In this document: positions 22,770 through 34,503 of the stretch, one piece after another
Position numbering within the stretch: the stretch's first letter is position 1
Layout: every line of letters starts with the position of its first letter
Source of the DNA: Naegleria gruberi
Lineage: Eukaryota
NCBI GenBank assembly: GCA_000004985.1
Contig: GG738870.1
DNA length: 64,000 nt
Strand: one strand, 5' to 3'
Made by a program: the position numbers and the translations under genes
The notes under the pieces: generated by a model
The model's input: the letters and a program-made list of their open reading frames with translations, nothing else
The model's database searches: none
What the model was told of the DNA's origin: nothing

Positions 22770-23639
22770 ATGAAACAAATCCTCCCAGAATTGTGGATTG
22801 AAATCTTTGTGAATCTTTTTGATGGTTTTAATGAGCAGTGGCAATTTTCAAGTATGGCAAACTGTGCGTTGGTTTGCAAGGAATGGCACAAGATGTTAAA
22901 TTGGAAAATTGAAGCAACTCAAGGTACAAACTTGAACTTGTTGAAAATACTTGCTAATAAGCACTCCATTTCCATTCTACATGATCCACCCACTGATAAC
23001 TTGACCGAGAAGATGGACATGAAAAGATTGTTTGCTCAAAATATCTTGCCGTATGAATGTCCAAAAGATTTTGAATTAGTTTCATATAATGGAATGACTG
23101 GTCTCAATTATGTCAGTGGGGGAATAGCAAGAATATTCAAAATGAGTTTCAATACCAATGTATTTGGAATTCACTTTTTGAGAAGAATGATCAAACATGA
23201 TGAGAAAATTAGAGAATTATTTTCAGCTTTGATGAAGGAAATAATTACCATTGTAGCCGGTTCGGTTCCTATTAGTTACTTAAAAACTTACGAATATCAG
23301 AACATTTCCATAGATTGTAATATTAAGGAACGGTTTGAGTATTTTACAAGTTGTGAAAGAGAATCATTCTATCCACAAATGTATGTAGGCAGATCATTTG
23401 AGGATGTCAAGCAGGAATTTGACAACAACTTGTTTGACTTTTTGAAAAAAGTGATTGGAGGAGAGGAATGTGTTGAAGAAATCTCCAACCTTGAAGAATT
23501 TCTAGCTTTCATTAAGAAAGAATGTCCAATTGTTACTGAATATAAAAGTTGTTTGATTGGAATTCTTGGGTCATTGGCTGTAGTATTTGTTACCAATAGT
23601 GGAAAATGCATCTTTTTTGAATACTCAGCAGATGATTAA
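22770..23639 (+). CDS. F-box domain protein, 289 aa
   Basis: N-terminal LPELWIEIFVNL...ALVCKEWHKML matches the F-box consensus. Confidence 0.55.
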   Translation: MKQILPELWIEIFVNLFDGFNEQWQFSSMANCALVCKEWHKMLNWKIEATQGTNLNLLKILANKHSISILHDPPTDNLTEKMDMKRLFAQNILPYECPKDFELVSYNGMTGLNYVSGGIARIFKMSFNTNVFGIHFLRRMIKHDEKIRELFSALMKEIITIVAGSVPISYLKTYEYQNISIDCNIKERFEYFTSCERESFYPQMYVGRSFEDVKQEFDNNLFDFLKKVIGGEECVEEISNLEEFLAFIKKECPIVTEYKSCLIGILGSLAVVFVTNSGKCIFFEYSADD

Positions 23640-23845
23640 TAAATTTGAGAATTACAATATGGTACTACTCCCAGTAAATTTCAAAACAGTAGATACCACA
23701 CATCAAAAGCTTGTCATTGTAAACCACCTGAAAGTATGGGTTGTGTATTTCAATGAAAATGTAACATATATCTCCGAGGAGGAAAGTGTTAAATAAACAC
23801 ATTAGTGTATTTTGAATAGCTCTTTCTGCTCAGCAACGTTAAAAA

Positions 23846-24871
23846 ATGAGAAAACAACATTGTTTTCTATTCCTCATTGTACTATGCCACTGGTCAACCA
23901 TGATTCTCGCTCACTGCCCACCTGGATATTATGATAATAATGTCCCACATGAGAGCAGATGTATCCTTTGTGGTTTCGGTCAGTACTGTCCAGGCAATGG
24001 CCAATATTTCAATTGTCCTTCTGGAACCATTGCTCCAAATACAGGAATGTCATCTTGCACAAAATGTTCATACAGCAATAGAACCAACAGTGCCTCAACT
24101 GTTTGTTTGTTGGCAGACACTCCAAATAATGCGCAAGAAGCTCTCGAATATGGTACAGACTCCGGTGATGACAACTTGGATCTATTCAAGATTAGTGCAA
24201 AGCAACAATTTTACTTTACCACTATTGAAACTGCTGACATACCATTAGATAGATCTCATCCCATTCAATACAGCTTCGTTGCTACAAACAGGAAATACGA
24301 CATTCCACTCATTGTGATCGCTTCCACTAAAACTGGTCAACCAAGCAAGAGCAACTTTCAATGGATTGCCTCTGGACAAAATGCCACACTCATTATTCCA
24401 GTCGACTGGATCGATACAAACACAAACTTTATTGGTTTATACTTCTCTATCATCCCATCTGTTGATTATACCGTTCCATTTCTTGCAACAACTTTTAAAC
24501 ATTTCAGAGGTGAAATATTCGCAATTCCAAATAGAAAGGTTAGTCAAGATTTCAAGACTTTTCAGTTTATGACAAACCAAGCAGTTGTTGAATGGAGTGG
24601 AATTCCATCCTTGAGAAAGGTGAATGTTTCTGTGACATTAAGTGATTTGACTCATCAAGATGATTCCAATCTATTCTTTAGTTTGTGTTATTCAACTATT
24701 CCAACAATTGATTTTCCAAACTTTTTCAATTCCAATATGGTTGTCAGAGGTAAAGTCAATAATCAGATCAATATCATTCTGGAAAATATATCTGGAGGAA
24801 AATTGAAACTAGGTGTCGTTGGTGGTCTAATTGACTTGGCAAGAATCACTGCAGAACTTGTCATCTTGTAA
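23846..24871 (+). CDS. Secreted protein: signal peptide, then an ephrin-receptor-like (GCC2/GCC3) cysteine-rich module, then a beta-rich domain; 341 aa
   Basis: Hydrophobic N-terminus; CPPGYY...CILCGFGQYCPGNGQYFNCPSGTIAPNTGMSSCTKC spacing typical of GCC2_GCC3 repeats. Confidence 0.55.
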   Translation: MRKQHCFLFLIVLCHWSTMILAHCPPGYYDNNVPHESRCILCGFGQYCPGNGQYFNCPSGTIAPNTGMSSCTKCSYSNRTNSASTVCLLADTPNNAQEALEYGTDSGDDNLDLFKISAKQQFYFTTIETADIPLDRSHPIQYSFVATNRKYDIPLIVIASTKTGQPSKSNFQWIASGQNATLIIPVDWIDTNTNFIGLYFSIIPSVDYTVPFLATTFKHFRGEIFAIPNRKVSQDFKTFQFMTNQAVVEWSGIPSLRKVNVSVTLSDLTHQDDSNLFFSLCYSTIPTIDFPNFFNSNMVVRGKVNNQINIILENISGGKLKLGVVGGLIDLARITAELVIL

Positions 24872-24953
24872 TAATTGTCTTATTAAACTCTGGTTTATTG
24901 TAATAAATTTAAAAGATTTAACAAATCCATATTAAACAAAAAAAATACCACCA

Positions 24954-25697
24954 ATGAGATTCGAGCCATCGGAAGAGGATTTGAAATATTTTGATCGGAA
25001 TTTATTTCATGACATGGGAGAGATTAAAACATTGCTATCGTTCTATCATTACTATTCGTGCCAGGAATTAATGTTTGAAAAATTGAAAATAACAAAGGCT
25101 GGTGTAGGAAAATGGTATGGTTATGATCCATTTATTAAAATATGCATGAGCAAATACATGATGGGGAGTAAACCATCTTGTTTGGAGAAGTGGAGTGATG
25201 TAGATTGGATGGAAAAGGATTTCACAGCTAGGGAAAGAAGGGATTTATTCAAGAAAATTGCAACTTGCAATCATTCAGTCAGTAGTCCTAAACTAGATGA
25301 GGATGTGGGTGTGACAAAACATTATATAGATTTATTGGAGAAAAGGACTGGGTTGTCTTCCAAACTCTTGCCCCAGCTCTATAAAAATCTGTCAAAAGCC
25401 CCAATTCAACAAGATGAATTTAGTCTTGCTGCGGAAGATGTTCAAAGAGTTATTAAAGAAAATGGTCTGGAAAACCAAGCACAACTTTCTGAATATGACA
25501 GGGAATTGAATTCAAAACTGAAACATTTTCCATTGAAATATTCACTCTTGTCCACAGATTATTTTGCAAATTATACAATGGGATGTATAAGAAACTTTGT
25601 AGAAAGAAATCATTTATTTAGCAATGAGGAAATCTTAGATAGAACTCTAATTTCTCAACAATTGCATTGCATACTGGGCATTGAAATAGAAAGATAA
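24954..25697 (+). CDS. Hypothetical 247-aa protein
   Basis: Intact ATG-initiated ORF with ordinary composition. Confidence 0.4.
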   Translation: MRFEPSEEDLKYFDRNLFHDMGEIKTLLSFYHYYSCQELMFEKLKITKAGVGKWYGYDPFIKICMSKYMMGSKPSCLEKWSDVDWMEKDFTARERRDLFKKIATCNHSVSSPKLDEDVGVTKHYIDLLEKRTGLSSKLLPQLYKNLSKAPIQQDEFSLAAEDVQRVIKENGLENQAQLSEYDRELNSKLKHFPLKYSLLSTDYFANYTMGCIRNFVERNHLFSNEEILDRTLISQQLHCILGIEIER

Positions 25698-25917
25698 GAT
25701 TTTTGTTAAATATTTTAGTATAACACCCTTTCCATTCCTTTCTCAATACATTTCCAATAAAGTTTAATCTATTAACCATGCTAGTCTGGTTCCTTGTTCT
25801 AACCTTCAGCAAAACCAAGCATGATTTTGGTCTCTTCAAAACAAGATCAAAACAAATCAAACAAAAACTATCAGTGCAACCGTTGCTGAATAATAATAAA
25901 TAGAGATCGAAATCATC

Positions 25918-26951
25918 ATGGGGTTCAACGTTACGACCTTGCTCTTGGACAAGTTCACCGAAGAGTTGAAGAAAGGCTATGAAAAAACCTACGGAGGCTT
26001 GAATTCAAACTACAAAGTAAGTGTCAAATATTCAAATATAATCTAATCATCATCTTCTCCCACAGGAAATTATTTGTTGGGCTGCTAATATGGCATTGGA
26101 TATTATTTCTAATAGTGATGCTTTGTATCATAATGTTGAACATACAATTCATGTCACTTTGGTTGGTCAGGAGATTTTGAGAGGTAAGTTGTGTGGCTAG
26201 AGATTATTTCGGAGGCTAATATCATCATAGGTAAACATATTAAAGAAGGAGGAGTGTCATCAGAAGATTGGCTTCATTGTATCATCAGTCTCTTGTGTCA
26301 CGATATTGGTAGGTTTTATATTTAAATATTTGATGACAATAACAAATCAATATTATTATGACAGGATATGTTAGAGGAGTTTGTAAAAAGGATAACATTG
26401 AACAAGGAATATTTGCTACTGGAAAAGGAGAAGAAACAGTAACTGTAATATCAGGCTCAACTGATGCTTCATTAACCCCTTATCATGTCGATAGAGGCAA
26501 ATTATTTGTTGAGGAAAGATTTAGTGGACATTCTCTGATTAAGGTATCAGTTATTCAAAAGAATATTGAGCTCACTAGATTCCCAGTTCCAATTGGAGAA
26601 GATCCAAAAGATTCTAATGGGTATCCAGGTATTGTTAGAGCAGCTGATTTAATTGGTCAATTATCAGAACCTCGTTATTTACAAAAAATTGCAGCTCTCT
26701 ATTATGAATTTGCAGAAACAGGAACAGCAATCAAGCTTGGTTACAAATGCCCAGGTGATTTGAGAAACTCCTATCCTAAATTCTATTGGAAATCAGTTTA
26801 TCCTTATATTAAGAATATTTTACCATTCCTCAACACAACTCAAGAAGGTAAATTCTATCTTGCTGGTCTCTATGCCAATGTCTTCAGCGTTGAGCATCTT
26901 GAAGGATCAATCTCTCCTGTCGATGAAGCTCCTGTAAATGTTGAACACTAA
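25918..26951 (+). CDS. HD-domain metal-dependent phosphohydrolase, 4 exons (~25918-26016, 26066-26185, 26231-26308, 26365-26951)
   Basis: H...EHT...V in exon 2 and LLCHDIG in exon 3 form the H...HD signature. Three GTAAGT/GTAGGT...YAG introns of 46-56 nt keep one frame into the 26358 ORF. Confidence 0.7.
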
Positions 26952-27327
26952 ACCATCATACTATTGTAAAATAAATTCATGAAATTACTTGTACAATTGT
27001 TTTAAAGGTTTTCTTAATACGTTTTTACACTGAATAAAAAGGCAGGACATAGTTACCAGTTATCTACTGTAAATTAATTTCACCAATCAAGACATGGTTT
27101 ATTATCTTTGATAGAGAATCATGGAAAATAGGAAAGCAATAAAAACTCTCTCTAAATGACCGACATGTCCACGAATTAAAAGTACAATAAGCACAACGAG
27201 TTCAAGTTTTGTTGTCAATGTTATTGCGACACTTCACCAAAAACTGGCTGTATTCTTTATCCTTCCTCAAAAAAAAAACAACTAACCTCTCACTCCACAC
27301 TACGTCATCATCATTCTAGAGAAGAAA

Positions 27328-29726
27328 ATGGTCAACAGTGAATTGAACAAGCTTCCATTCCATGAACAAGAATTGATCGAAAAACATTTGACCAATATGA
27401 ACTTATTGGGAGGATTGGATCATTATGACCATGCTGGATATTTAAAGTACTCCGATAGGATGGGTAATTCATCATCTGGCTCTGAGATTTTCATTCATCA
27501 AGACTTGTTGAAAAACAATAGTAATGTTTTGGAGATGAATCACACAAGCAATTCAAAACAATTAAGTTTTGCCGATCCTGATATTCGTAAACAGTTAATG
27601 GATGAATATAATAAGCATATTTTAAATCCTTACGGTAATGGTCTTTCTAGATTGTTTGATTGTGTGGATTTGCACGCTAATCAAAGACCAAATGATATTG
27701 CCATTCGTGAATATAATACTGGAGAAGATGTTACTTGGTCTCAGCTTCAGCTCAGTAGTAGAGCTATTGCTGCCAAAATGTTATCTTTGGGATCCTTTAA
27801 AAAGGGAGATATCGTTGTTACTCATCTTCCTCTATTGAAGGAACATTTGTATTTTATGTATGCTTGTTGGAGATTGGGAGTCATTGTTGTTCCACTCGAT
27901 TTACGTTTGAAAGATAGTGAAATTTGTGTTTCTTTGGATAAATTATTAGGCATTACACCAAATGATACAAAGGGAAATGGAAAGGTTAAAATGTTTGTCT
28001 TTTTGGGTAAAACTCCAATTCATGATTTCCGTCCTATCATTGACCAAGTAATGGATAGATTTGTTTCAAAAATTCCACATTGGATTCAATTCCAAAAGGA
28101 AAAGGAATTTATCATGCCACGTGCTGTTAGTGTTACTGACTTTTTGTCTGATGCCAAGAGTGTGTATATTATGAACAGAATTAAGGAACTGTCACTTGGA
28201 ATGATCCTTCCATCCTCTTTAGTATCAACAGTCGCTTCAATGGAAGCACAATGCACACGTCGTACACCAAATCTCATTATTTTCACAACTGGATCAACTG
28301 GTGTTTCAAAGGCCGCTATTCTTTGTCATGAAGGTATTTTAATGCAAAATTTGGCTACCAAAATTGCATTTACAGGTATCTTCCCTAATCCACACAAATT
28401 GGTCAACTTGTGCAACCTTCCTCCATCACATGTTGGTTGTCTCACTGAACAAGTTTTGACAGCCATCTATGGAGGTGGTCAATTGGTTATTATTCACGTT
28501 TTTGAACCAGAAAAATCCCTTGATGCAGTTCAAAAGTACAAATGTAACCTTATTGGACAAATTCCAGCCCTTTTCTCAATGGTAAGTTTTTTTAAAATGT
28601 TCAATGAACAAAATCTAACTCTATTAGGAATGGGCTTTACCTAACTATAAAAAATATGACATTTCAAGCTTGGGAATGGCAATTTATGGTGGTCAAGCTG
28701 TTACTAAGCCATTCTTGCATAAAATGCAAGCTATGGCTCCATATATTGGTTCAGGATTGGGACTTACTGAAACAGCTGGTTTTTGTACATATACTCCAGT
28801 TGGTATTTCTGTTGATCAAATGTCTCTAAGTATTGGATTTGATGCTCCTTTCTGCCCAATTTCAATTCGTGATCCTCCAAGAAAAGTCACTTGTCCAAGA
28901 ACAGGCAAAGTCTTCTTAATTGCAGGAGAAGAAAAAAAGCCAGGAGAAGTAGGTGAAATTTGTCATAATGGACCTCAAATCTTCCTTGGTTATTTGAATG
29001 ATTCCAAGACAACAGGTGAAACTATCATTCCAATAGATTTGGATACAGCAGCTAAATTGGATTATTCAAAGATTTTGAATTATGATCCAATTGATGGAAA
29101 TTTGAATGGAACAAACAAATCAGGAATTGTCAACCAAACCCACCCAGTTAATTATTATAATCTCCTTTTATATACTGGTGATATTGGTTCATATGATTCA
29201 ACAGGTCTTCATTTTGCTTCCAGAAGAAAATTCATCATCAAGCCAAAAGGATATCAAGTCTTCCCAGGTGAAGTTGAAGAACATTTGGAACAACACTTTA
29301 AATTATTGGGAGCTCCTCAAAGTTTGAAGAATGGAAAGCTTTGGGATATGGTAAAGTCAAGATTTGAGGAACAAAAAGATGAAAGCGCTGTTTTAAGAGT
29401 TGGTGTTGTTGGTGTGGAGCATGAAATTTATTCTGAAGCTGTTGTTGCTGTCGTTGAATTGAAGAAAGACCTTGTTGAGCTTGCCAAACAACACACAACA
29501 GATCCAGAACGTTGGTTCGATTTAATTTTGAATGAGAAGGAAATTATAGAAGCATGTAAGGATATTGCTGCTTATAAGAGACCTTCCTATGTTTTCTTCT
29601 ACCTCCTGGAATGGATATGCCTCTCAATAGAACAGCCAAGATTGATTATTTGGCCTTACAAGATTTTGCCAAGAAACAAGCTGCTGCTTTGGAACAAAAG
29701 AAGAAACTTCGTTACTCGTCACTCTA
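27328..29726 (+). CDS. Adenylate-forming enzyme (acyl-CoA synthetase / AMP-binding family), 2 exons (~27328-28581, 28628-end; 46-nt intron), with an apparent frameshift near the C-terminus
   Basis: FTTGSTGVSKAA (AMP-binding core), YTGDIGSYD...IIKPKGYQVFPGEVEEHL (A7/A8), and LPPGMDMPLNRTAKIDYLAL (the A10 Lys motif) seen only in the -1 frame from ~29595. The ORF-track frame runs on to 29785. Confidence 0.75.
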
Positions 29727-30460
29727 AGAAGAATATTAAAATTATTAACACAAAATATCTTATTGTAAACCATCTTCTTTCATAAAGAGTTTCACTTGTA
29801 AAAACACCTTGCAATATTAACATTAAATAATTCACTCTCTTCAACTCTTCCCATCACAATAAGGTTTAGTATATTTAAAGAACCAACCTCAAAAAAATAC
29901 TCATCATCTAAACTTCCTTAAAAACAAACTGAGTATTTATCAATATCCAACTCTCTTCAAAGCATTTCACAATTTTATACAACACCTTCACAACATAATT
30001 AATCAACATCTGTAGTTGTATAACCTATTACCTTATTTCTATTTTTATCAATTGTGTATGAAAAAATACCCTTCCTTTTATTGCTCAAAGGCAACTTCTT
30101 CCTGTCTTGCCTCTTCTGTTCTATGAATCTTTTATTACTCCGTGATTTGGCTTTTTCGGTAGCCATTTCGATGACAAGTCGTTAAAGTGATTCTCCAGCA
30201 TAAATTTGACGTCTTCGCTGCTCAAAAGGATTTGTGCTCAAATTCCGTCTAAAAATAAAATCAAAAAAAAAACACCTAGAAAACCAACGTAAATTTTCTA
30301 CAACGGTTTTCTTCTAGACAAGTACTGCGACTCTAATTTTACGATTACTTTGCGTGAATAATTTATTATTGGCTAATTTCATCATTCAACGGATTTTCCA
30401 TTATACAACAAATTGGAAGTAAAAGGATTTTAGGATAAACGTTTATCATAAAACATCAAA

Positions 30461-31609
30461 ATGAGACAACAAATTATGGAAGGAGAAACATTTGATATAC
30501 CGGAATATTATAAATTGGAAAAGATTATTGGTAGAGGATCGTATGGAGTTGTTGCTAGTGCTCTTGATACGAGGACTAATGAACGAGTTGCCATCAAGAA
30601 GATTTCCAATATTTTCCAAAAAAACAAGGACTATCAAAAACGTATTGTTAGAGAGTTGAAAATTCTAAAACACTACAATAGTGTTCATGGACATGAGAAT
30701 ATTGTTCAATTGAAGGACTTGGTTGTTCCAAGATCTGAAAATGAACTGAAGGATTTGTTCATTATAACTGAGTTGATGGATTGTACTGTTAGAGACGTTT
30801 TAAAGAGTAATCAAGCATTTACTGAAATTAACACCATTTACTTTTTGTATCATATGTTGAAAGGGTTGGCCTTTATCCACAGCTCTGGTATTGCTCACAG
30901 AGATATCAAACCTCAGAATATTTTGGTCAATGAGGTTTTCAGAATTGCCTACTGCGACTTTGGTTTATCGAGAGGAGTTGATATTGACTCTAAAATTTCT
31001 ACTAACGATGTTGCCTCAATGTGGTACAGGTCTCCTGAAGTTATTCTTGGTTATGAATATGGAATGAAACCAATGGATATTTGGGGTATTGGTTGTATTA
31101 TGGGTGAAATGCTCGCTTCAGGTAAAGTTTTATTCCAAGGTTCTTCTGCTCTCGATGTATTAGACAAACAACTTGAATTACTTGGTACACCAGAAGAAAG
31201 TGCAGTTAAAGGTTCTTTCAAAGCTGTCAAGTATTTCAAGTCGCTACCAGTCAAACAAAGACCAGACTGGAAAACATATTTCCCTAACGCCTCTCCAGAA
31301 GCTCTTGACCTGCTGTCCAAGATGTTAGAATTTGACCCAGATAGAAGAATCACAGCTGAACAAGCTCTTCAACATCCTTACCTTTCGTGTATTAGAGAAC
31401 AATACATGAGTGATGAAGAAATAGTGTGTAATTCTAAGTTTGACTATAGATTTGATGAATCTATGAAAACAGAATCTGTGCGTAAATTCCTTTATGAAGA
31501 ACTCAAACAATTTGTCCAATACAGTAACACATCTCCAAACCCAATAGTGAAGGATGAAACTGTGACATCACCACTTCCAACATCCAGAACAATTGGATGT
31601 ACTAATTAG
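30461..31609 (+). CDS. CMGC-group MAPK-like protein kinase, single exon, 382 aa; activation loop T-N-D instead of T-x-Y
   Basis: GRGSYGVV, VAIKK, HRDIKPQNIL, DFGLSR, WYRSPE. The loop reads STNDVASMWYRSPE where MAPKs have TEY. Confidence 0.8.
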   Translation: MRQQIMEGETFDIPEYYKLEKIIGRGSYGVVASALDTRTNERVAIKKISNIFQKNKDYQKRIVRELKILKHYNSVHGHENIVQLKDLVVPRSENELKDLFIITELMDCTVRDVLKSNQAFTEINTIYFLYHMLKGLAFIHSSGIAHRDIKPQNILVNEVFRIAYCDFGLSRGVDIDSKISTNDVASMWYRSPEVILGYEYGMKPMDIWGIGCIMGEMLASGKVLFQGSSALDVLDKQLELLGTPEESAVKGSFKAVKYFKSLPVKQRPDWKTYFPNASPEALDLLSKMLEFDPDRRITAEQALQHPYLSCIREQYMSDEEIVCNSKFDYRFDESMKTESVRKFLYEELKQFVQYSNTSPNPIVKDETVTSPLPTSRTIGCTN

Positions 31610-31788
31610 TTCATTCACCTCGATTTTGTTGAGGTTTTAATAACGAGAGACACTTGGTGAATGATACTAACGTGATGAATCCAATTGATTCATCATTTTT
31701 GCCAATCACATTCATACAGAGTCAGCCCAAATTGCTAGGATTTATTTATTTAATTTAACGCTAGTAGTAAAATAAAACCCAAATAAGG

Positions 31789-33351
31789 TTAAACTTGCTT
31801 TAAAAATTGTTTGTATTCTTTAGCTATGGAAAATAGTTCCAAACAACCACAAGTTTTGCAGTGGAAAGAAAGACAAAATTCAGGGCTATTGAATTCCTTG
31901 TAGCTCACCAATTCTAAATCACTTGCTACTTTGTAAAGTTGACCAGCTTTTTCCTTGTTTGTATTGGCGAAAAATCTAGCTGCAGAAACTAGCATATATG
32001 CCAACTCAATAGGATGTCTTACTATGGGAAAAAAAGATTCATAATTGTGATATTGAGCAATCTCTTCCGTCAAGTCTATCTTGATTGCTACCTTGAATTT
32101 GATCAATAAGTCATTAGTAAAGTGTAGAAATAGAGAAATTAATTGTCTCCCTTCATTTGCTAAATTATAAACATTGAGGAAGTGTAAATAGAAATTAAAG
32201 TATTTGAAAATTGAATTGTACATGTTTTGTGGGTAATAATCCATGTGGGTATTCTTTGGAGTTTGGCTATTTGAAATGGAAATTCCCATATTCATGTACA
32301 ATTCCAACGACTTTCTGAGATGGTTTCCAATTTTTTCTACAATTTCTGGTGAGGCCTTTCTGCCATGTACTCCAACAAGAAATTGGGCCATGTTGAAGTG
32401 AGATTCTGCATTGAATGGAAATATTTCCTCAGTGCACATTGTTAATACCATCTCTGCATGTGAAAACTCAAACATCTTATACAATATCCAAACATAGAGT
32501 AATACTGGTTGCATTCTAATAGATGAATTCGTACTTGATCCATTCAGTGATTCCAAAAATCCTTTTTTCTCCTTATTCATCATTAAATTAATACATTCTT
32601 CACAATTATTGAGAGCTTCTACATAATCTTCGAGTAGAAAATAACACAAACTTTTCATATAATAAAGTAAATAATCTCTTCCAAATGAAGAAACATCATT
32701 TCTCGTCAGCAAAGCTATTCCCTCTAAACATTGTATGTATTCTCCTTCCAGAAGATGTCTATAACTATTAATAACATATCCTCTATTGGTACCATCAAAA
32801 TTGAAATTCAAAAATCTCAAATCATTAATAATTTGTTGTTTTGGTATTTCATCGTCTGATTTAACAATCATTGGAATTTTCAAATCAAATATTGAACGTT
32901 GAAAAGCATTTCTTTCCTTTGCCAAATCGAGTGGCATTGGTAAATAGAGTCCATAATAATCAAACAGTAGAGAAAATGGACCAAATGACACTCTTTGATT
33001 GTTTCCAACATTAGATTCATTCACATTTTCCATTGAATTATTATCCTTCAAATTTTCCAAACACTCTTTCATCATCTCTTGTGTTGATTTTAATAATTTT
33101 CCAAATAATTTCGGATCAGTCTTTGCCTGTTCATCATAACTGCTGCTCATCACTGCTGGAAAATTAAATTGTCTTTTATAAAATTCCATCGATGAATCAA
33201 TAATTGATGTTGAATTATTCTGCTTCTTCATTTCGGGAATTAATTGATGAATAATTCTTTCCAATCTTTCTCTCTTCTTTTGAACATCTTGATTGCCATT
33301 GAAAATTAAAGGCTTCCTTGTAGATGGCGATGATTGTATTTGATCTTTCAT
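31789..33351 (-). CDS. Hypothetical 520-aa all-helical (TPR-like) protein
   Basis: Intact ORF. Repeated helical hairpin composition. Confidence 0.45.
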   Translation of the reverse strand: MKDQIQSSPSTRKPLIFNGNQDVQKKRERLERIIHQLIPEMKKQNNSTSIIDSSMEFYKRQFNFPAVMSSSYDEQAKTDPKLFGKLLKSTQEMMKECLENLKDNNSMENVNESNVGNNQRVSFGPFSLLFDYYGLYLPMPLDLAKERNAFQRSIFDLKIPMIVKSDDEIPKQQIINDLRFLNFNFDGTNRGYVINSYRHLLEGEYIQCLEGIALLTRNDVSSFGRDYLLYYMKSLCYFLLEDYVEALNNCEECINLMMNKEKKGFLESLNGSSTNSSIRMQPVLLYVWILYKMFEFSHAEMVLTMCTEEIFPFNAESHFNMAQFLVGVHGRKASPEIVEKIGNHLRKSLELYMNMGISISNSQTPKNTHMDYYPQNMYNSIFKYFNFYLHFLNVYNLANEGRQLISLFLHFTNDLLIKFKVAIKIDLTEEIAQYHNYESFFPIVRHPIELAYMLVSAARFFANTNKEKAGQLYKVASDLELVSYKEFNSPEFCLSFHCKTCGCLELFSIAKEYKQFLKQV

Positions 33352-33404
33352 TTCATTTTTTTTAATAATAAAATAAATTTAATAAAAATAATTAAATTAG
33401 GAAT

Positions 33405-34425
33405 CTAGTCAATTGAAACATGCTTAGCAACAACTGGTTGGAGTAATGAAGCAACAGATGATGGGCAACAAAACATGATATAATCATTACCAGTTCTAGT
33501 TCCATCGAAGAAAACTGGTTGACCATTCTTTCTTAATAAACAACCACCAGATTCATCCAAAAGTGCAGTAGGAGCTGCAGAATCCCAATAACTACTCTTA
33601 CAACTGAAATTGAAATATAAATCTCCAACTCCACTTGCAAGTAAAGCAACTTTTCTTCCAAAACTTCCACATGGAACTCTTTGGTCAACACCCAATTCAT
33701 TCAAAATATTTTCAGTTGGCTTATCATAATTTGATTTGGAAATTAAACATTTAGCTTGCTTTACAGTTTCTGGTGTGAATTGATTCATTGAAATGGTTGA
33801 CTTTTCCTTCTTATCTTTAATAACATAAGCTCCATAACCCTTGACTGCAAAGTACATTTCATCTTGAGGAGCACAATAAACACATCCCATCACTGGTTTA
33901 CCATCCTTACATAATCCAATCATTACAGCCCATTCACCAGTATTTGCAATAAAATCTCTAGTTCCATCAATTGGGTCAACATAAAATACAAGACCTTCTG
34001 ATAAATCCTTTGTGGCATCTGTGTTTCTAGAACTCACACCTTCTTCACCAATAATTCTAATATCTGATGAATTTTCTGTTAAGAAATGCTTTTCCAATTC
34101 TCCAATTAAAAACAAATTGACCTTTTTATCAACAATAGTTACTAAAACGAAACTTTCAATTCCCAAGAACATGGAAAATAAACAAACCTGGTGAATCATC
34201 TTTTTTAATTTCAATATCCAAACTAGCACTATTCTTACGATCAATACAAAACTTATTAGCTAACAATCCGGCTTGATAGGCCATGATCAGACATTTTTCA
34301 AGTGTTTCATCATATTCCGATCCTAATCCAGATGCCAATTCCTTGACGATCTTTTCATAGATATCTCTTGATGGAATTTCCTCTGGAGTAAAGGCAACAA
34401 CTTCTTCCTCGTTTGATGATGGCAT
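33405..34425 (-). CDS. Inositol-monophosphatase-superfamily phosphatase (closest to 3'(2'),5'-bisphosphate nucleotidase CysQ/BPNT1), 2 exons (~34425-34188, 34141-33405; 46-nt intron)
   Basis: IGEEG...; FYVDPIDGTRDF metal-binding motif; WDSAAPTALLDESGG. The exon join ...DDSP|VTIVDKKVNLFLIGELEKHF is in frame. Confidence 0.8.
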
Positions 34426-34503
34426 TTTTTTTGTTATTTATTATAATTTAATAAGTTTTAATTATTGAATTTGAATCTTCATATCTGACCATTCTTAATT
34501 TAC

